A stretch of 64,000 nt of DNA from Squalus acanthias (Eukaryota): the NCBI GenBank assembly GCA_030390025.1, contig CM059432.1, positions 121,832,001-121,896,000 of the forward strand, written 5' to 3'. This document shows positions 62,925 through 64,000 of this stretch, one piece after another; the stretch's first letter is position 1, and each line of letters starts with the position of its first letter. The notes beneath the pieces were generated by a model that saw only the letters and a program-made list of their open reading frames with translations, searched no databases and was not told the DNA's origin. The translations under genes and the position numbers were made by a program.

Positions 62925-64000
62925 GTCATAGAGTCCTGGGGGGAGAAATTCAGTATCGCCCCATTTGGGGCGCAATTATCGGCCGGGCGCAAAGATTAGC
63001 GCCTGGCGCTAATTATTGCCACCGACTGCAATCTTGACTTTTATCGCCCCTGGAGGTGATTAGAGCGCTAAATCAGGCGCTTCACACCTGTCTTAAGGCG
63101 CAAAGGCCGAGGAGCGAGGCGCTACCTCAGAGCGCTGGCGAAGCTCATGTAATGTCAGTCAGCAATGGAACACACACACAATGGCACGGGCCAGTTCTTA
63201 AAGGGGATGGTTGATCTTGCTTTCCATCCACATCCTGCTCATTGCAGCCTTGAATCTCGGCCTGGAGAGACCTGCACATCAAATCTGCTGGAAAGAACAA
63301 TGGAAAGTACCAGGCAAAGAGCTCAGAGTGCAGCCCCCACAGTCTCTTCTAAATCGATACAAGGAATGGCAAATCAAAATGAACCTGCAAAGTGCTGCTC
63401 AGTACCCAAAACTCCTTCACACAACGTTGAATCTCTCCAGAAGTCTCTCTCTCTCTCTCTCAGAATGCGTAGTTCAAAAATGGCACCAACAATAAAAGGC
63501 AGGAAGCGGTCACCTTTAAATAGCGCTCCCCCTTTCCCTTCATGACTGCAGAACGCTCCCCTCAACCTGTCGTTGCTAGCGTCAGGCGGTAAGGCAGGGG
63601 GCGCCACTCAATATCCGCTCCGGGGCGATACCGGGGGGTTGCGCACTCGAGTGACGTCACGATCTGCCGGCGCAGGATATCGTGGCGGTAGTGTTTAGTG
63701 CCGCCGCAAAATGTCTCGTTAATTTCGCGAGCGGCGCAAACTTCGCCGCGCCTGTGCGCTAGATGCTTTGCGCCCCATTAGCGCCCTCTTAAGGCGCTAA
63801 CGGGAGGCGCAACCAACTGAATTTTTCCTCCCTAGAGTCATAACGGCACAGAAGGAGGCCATTTGGCCCATCGAGTCCATGCCGGCTCTCTGTAGAGTAA
63901 TTCAGCCAGTCCCATTCCCCCGCTTTATCCCCATAGCCCTGCAAATTTATTTCCCTGAAGTGCCTATCCAGTCTCCCCTTGAAAACATTGAGTGTCTCCT
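62925..64000 (-). mobile_element. CR1 3' end interrupted by a MITE
   Basis: catagagtc tail; reverse complement of 23480-23652. Confidence 0.8.
62939..63831 (+). mobile_element. Harbinger/Tourist-type MITE, copy 3
   Basis: TIR gggggagaaattcagt / actgaatttttcctcc; TSD ctg/cta. Confidence 0.9.

Overview
Eukaryotic, repeat-dominated window with no clearly recognisable intact host gene, and no rRNA, tRNA or CRISPR array. The repeat complement (Deu-domain SINEs paired with L2, CR1 LINEs, a tRNA-headed LINE/SINE family, Penelope elements) suggests a cartilaginous fish such as a shark; this is inferred from remembered family sequences, not a database search. Main contents: (1) many PIF/Harbinger elements, including a near-complete two-gene copy at 41.5-45.2 kb with a DDE transposase and a convergent, intron-containing Myb/SANT gene, deletion derivatives that keep the Myb gene, and three ~890-bp MITEs with 3-bp TSDs; (2) two decayed hAT elements; (3) CR1, L2 and RTE LINEs, the RTE with an open 490-aa RT ORF and a 13-bp TSD; (4) Penelope-like elements carrying minimal hammerhead ribozyme motifs, two of them as fold-back mini-elements with TSDs; (5) a ~1.5-kb CpG-rich solo LTR. 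The most notable observations are a LINE whose 5' end is a tRNA-like SINE head, with a graded series of internal-deletion 'SINEs', and the hammerhead-bearing fold-back Penelope elements. A few splice-flanked segments may be exons of an unidentified, possibly decayed host gene (low confidence). All family assignments are by eye, and element ends without TSDs are approximate.
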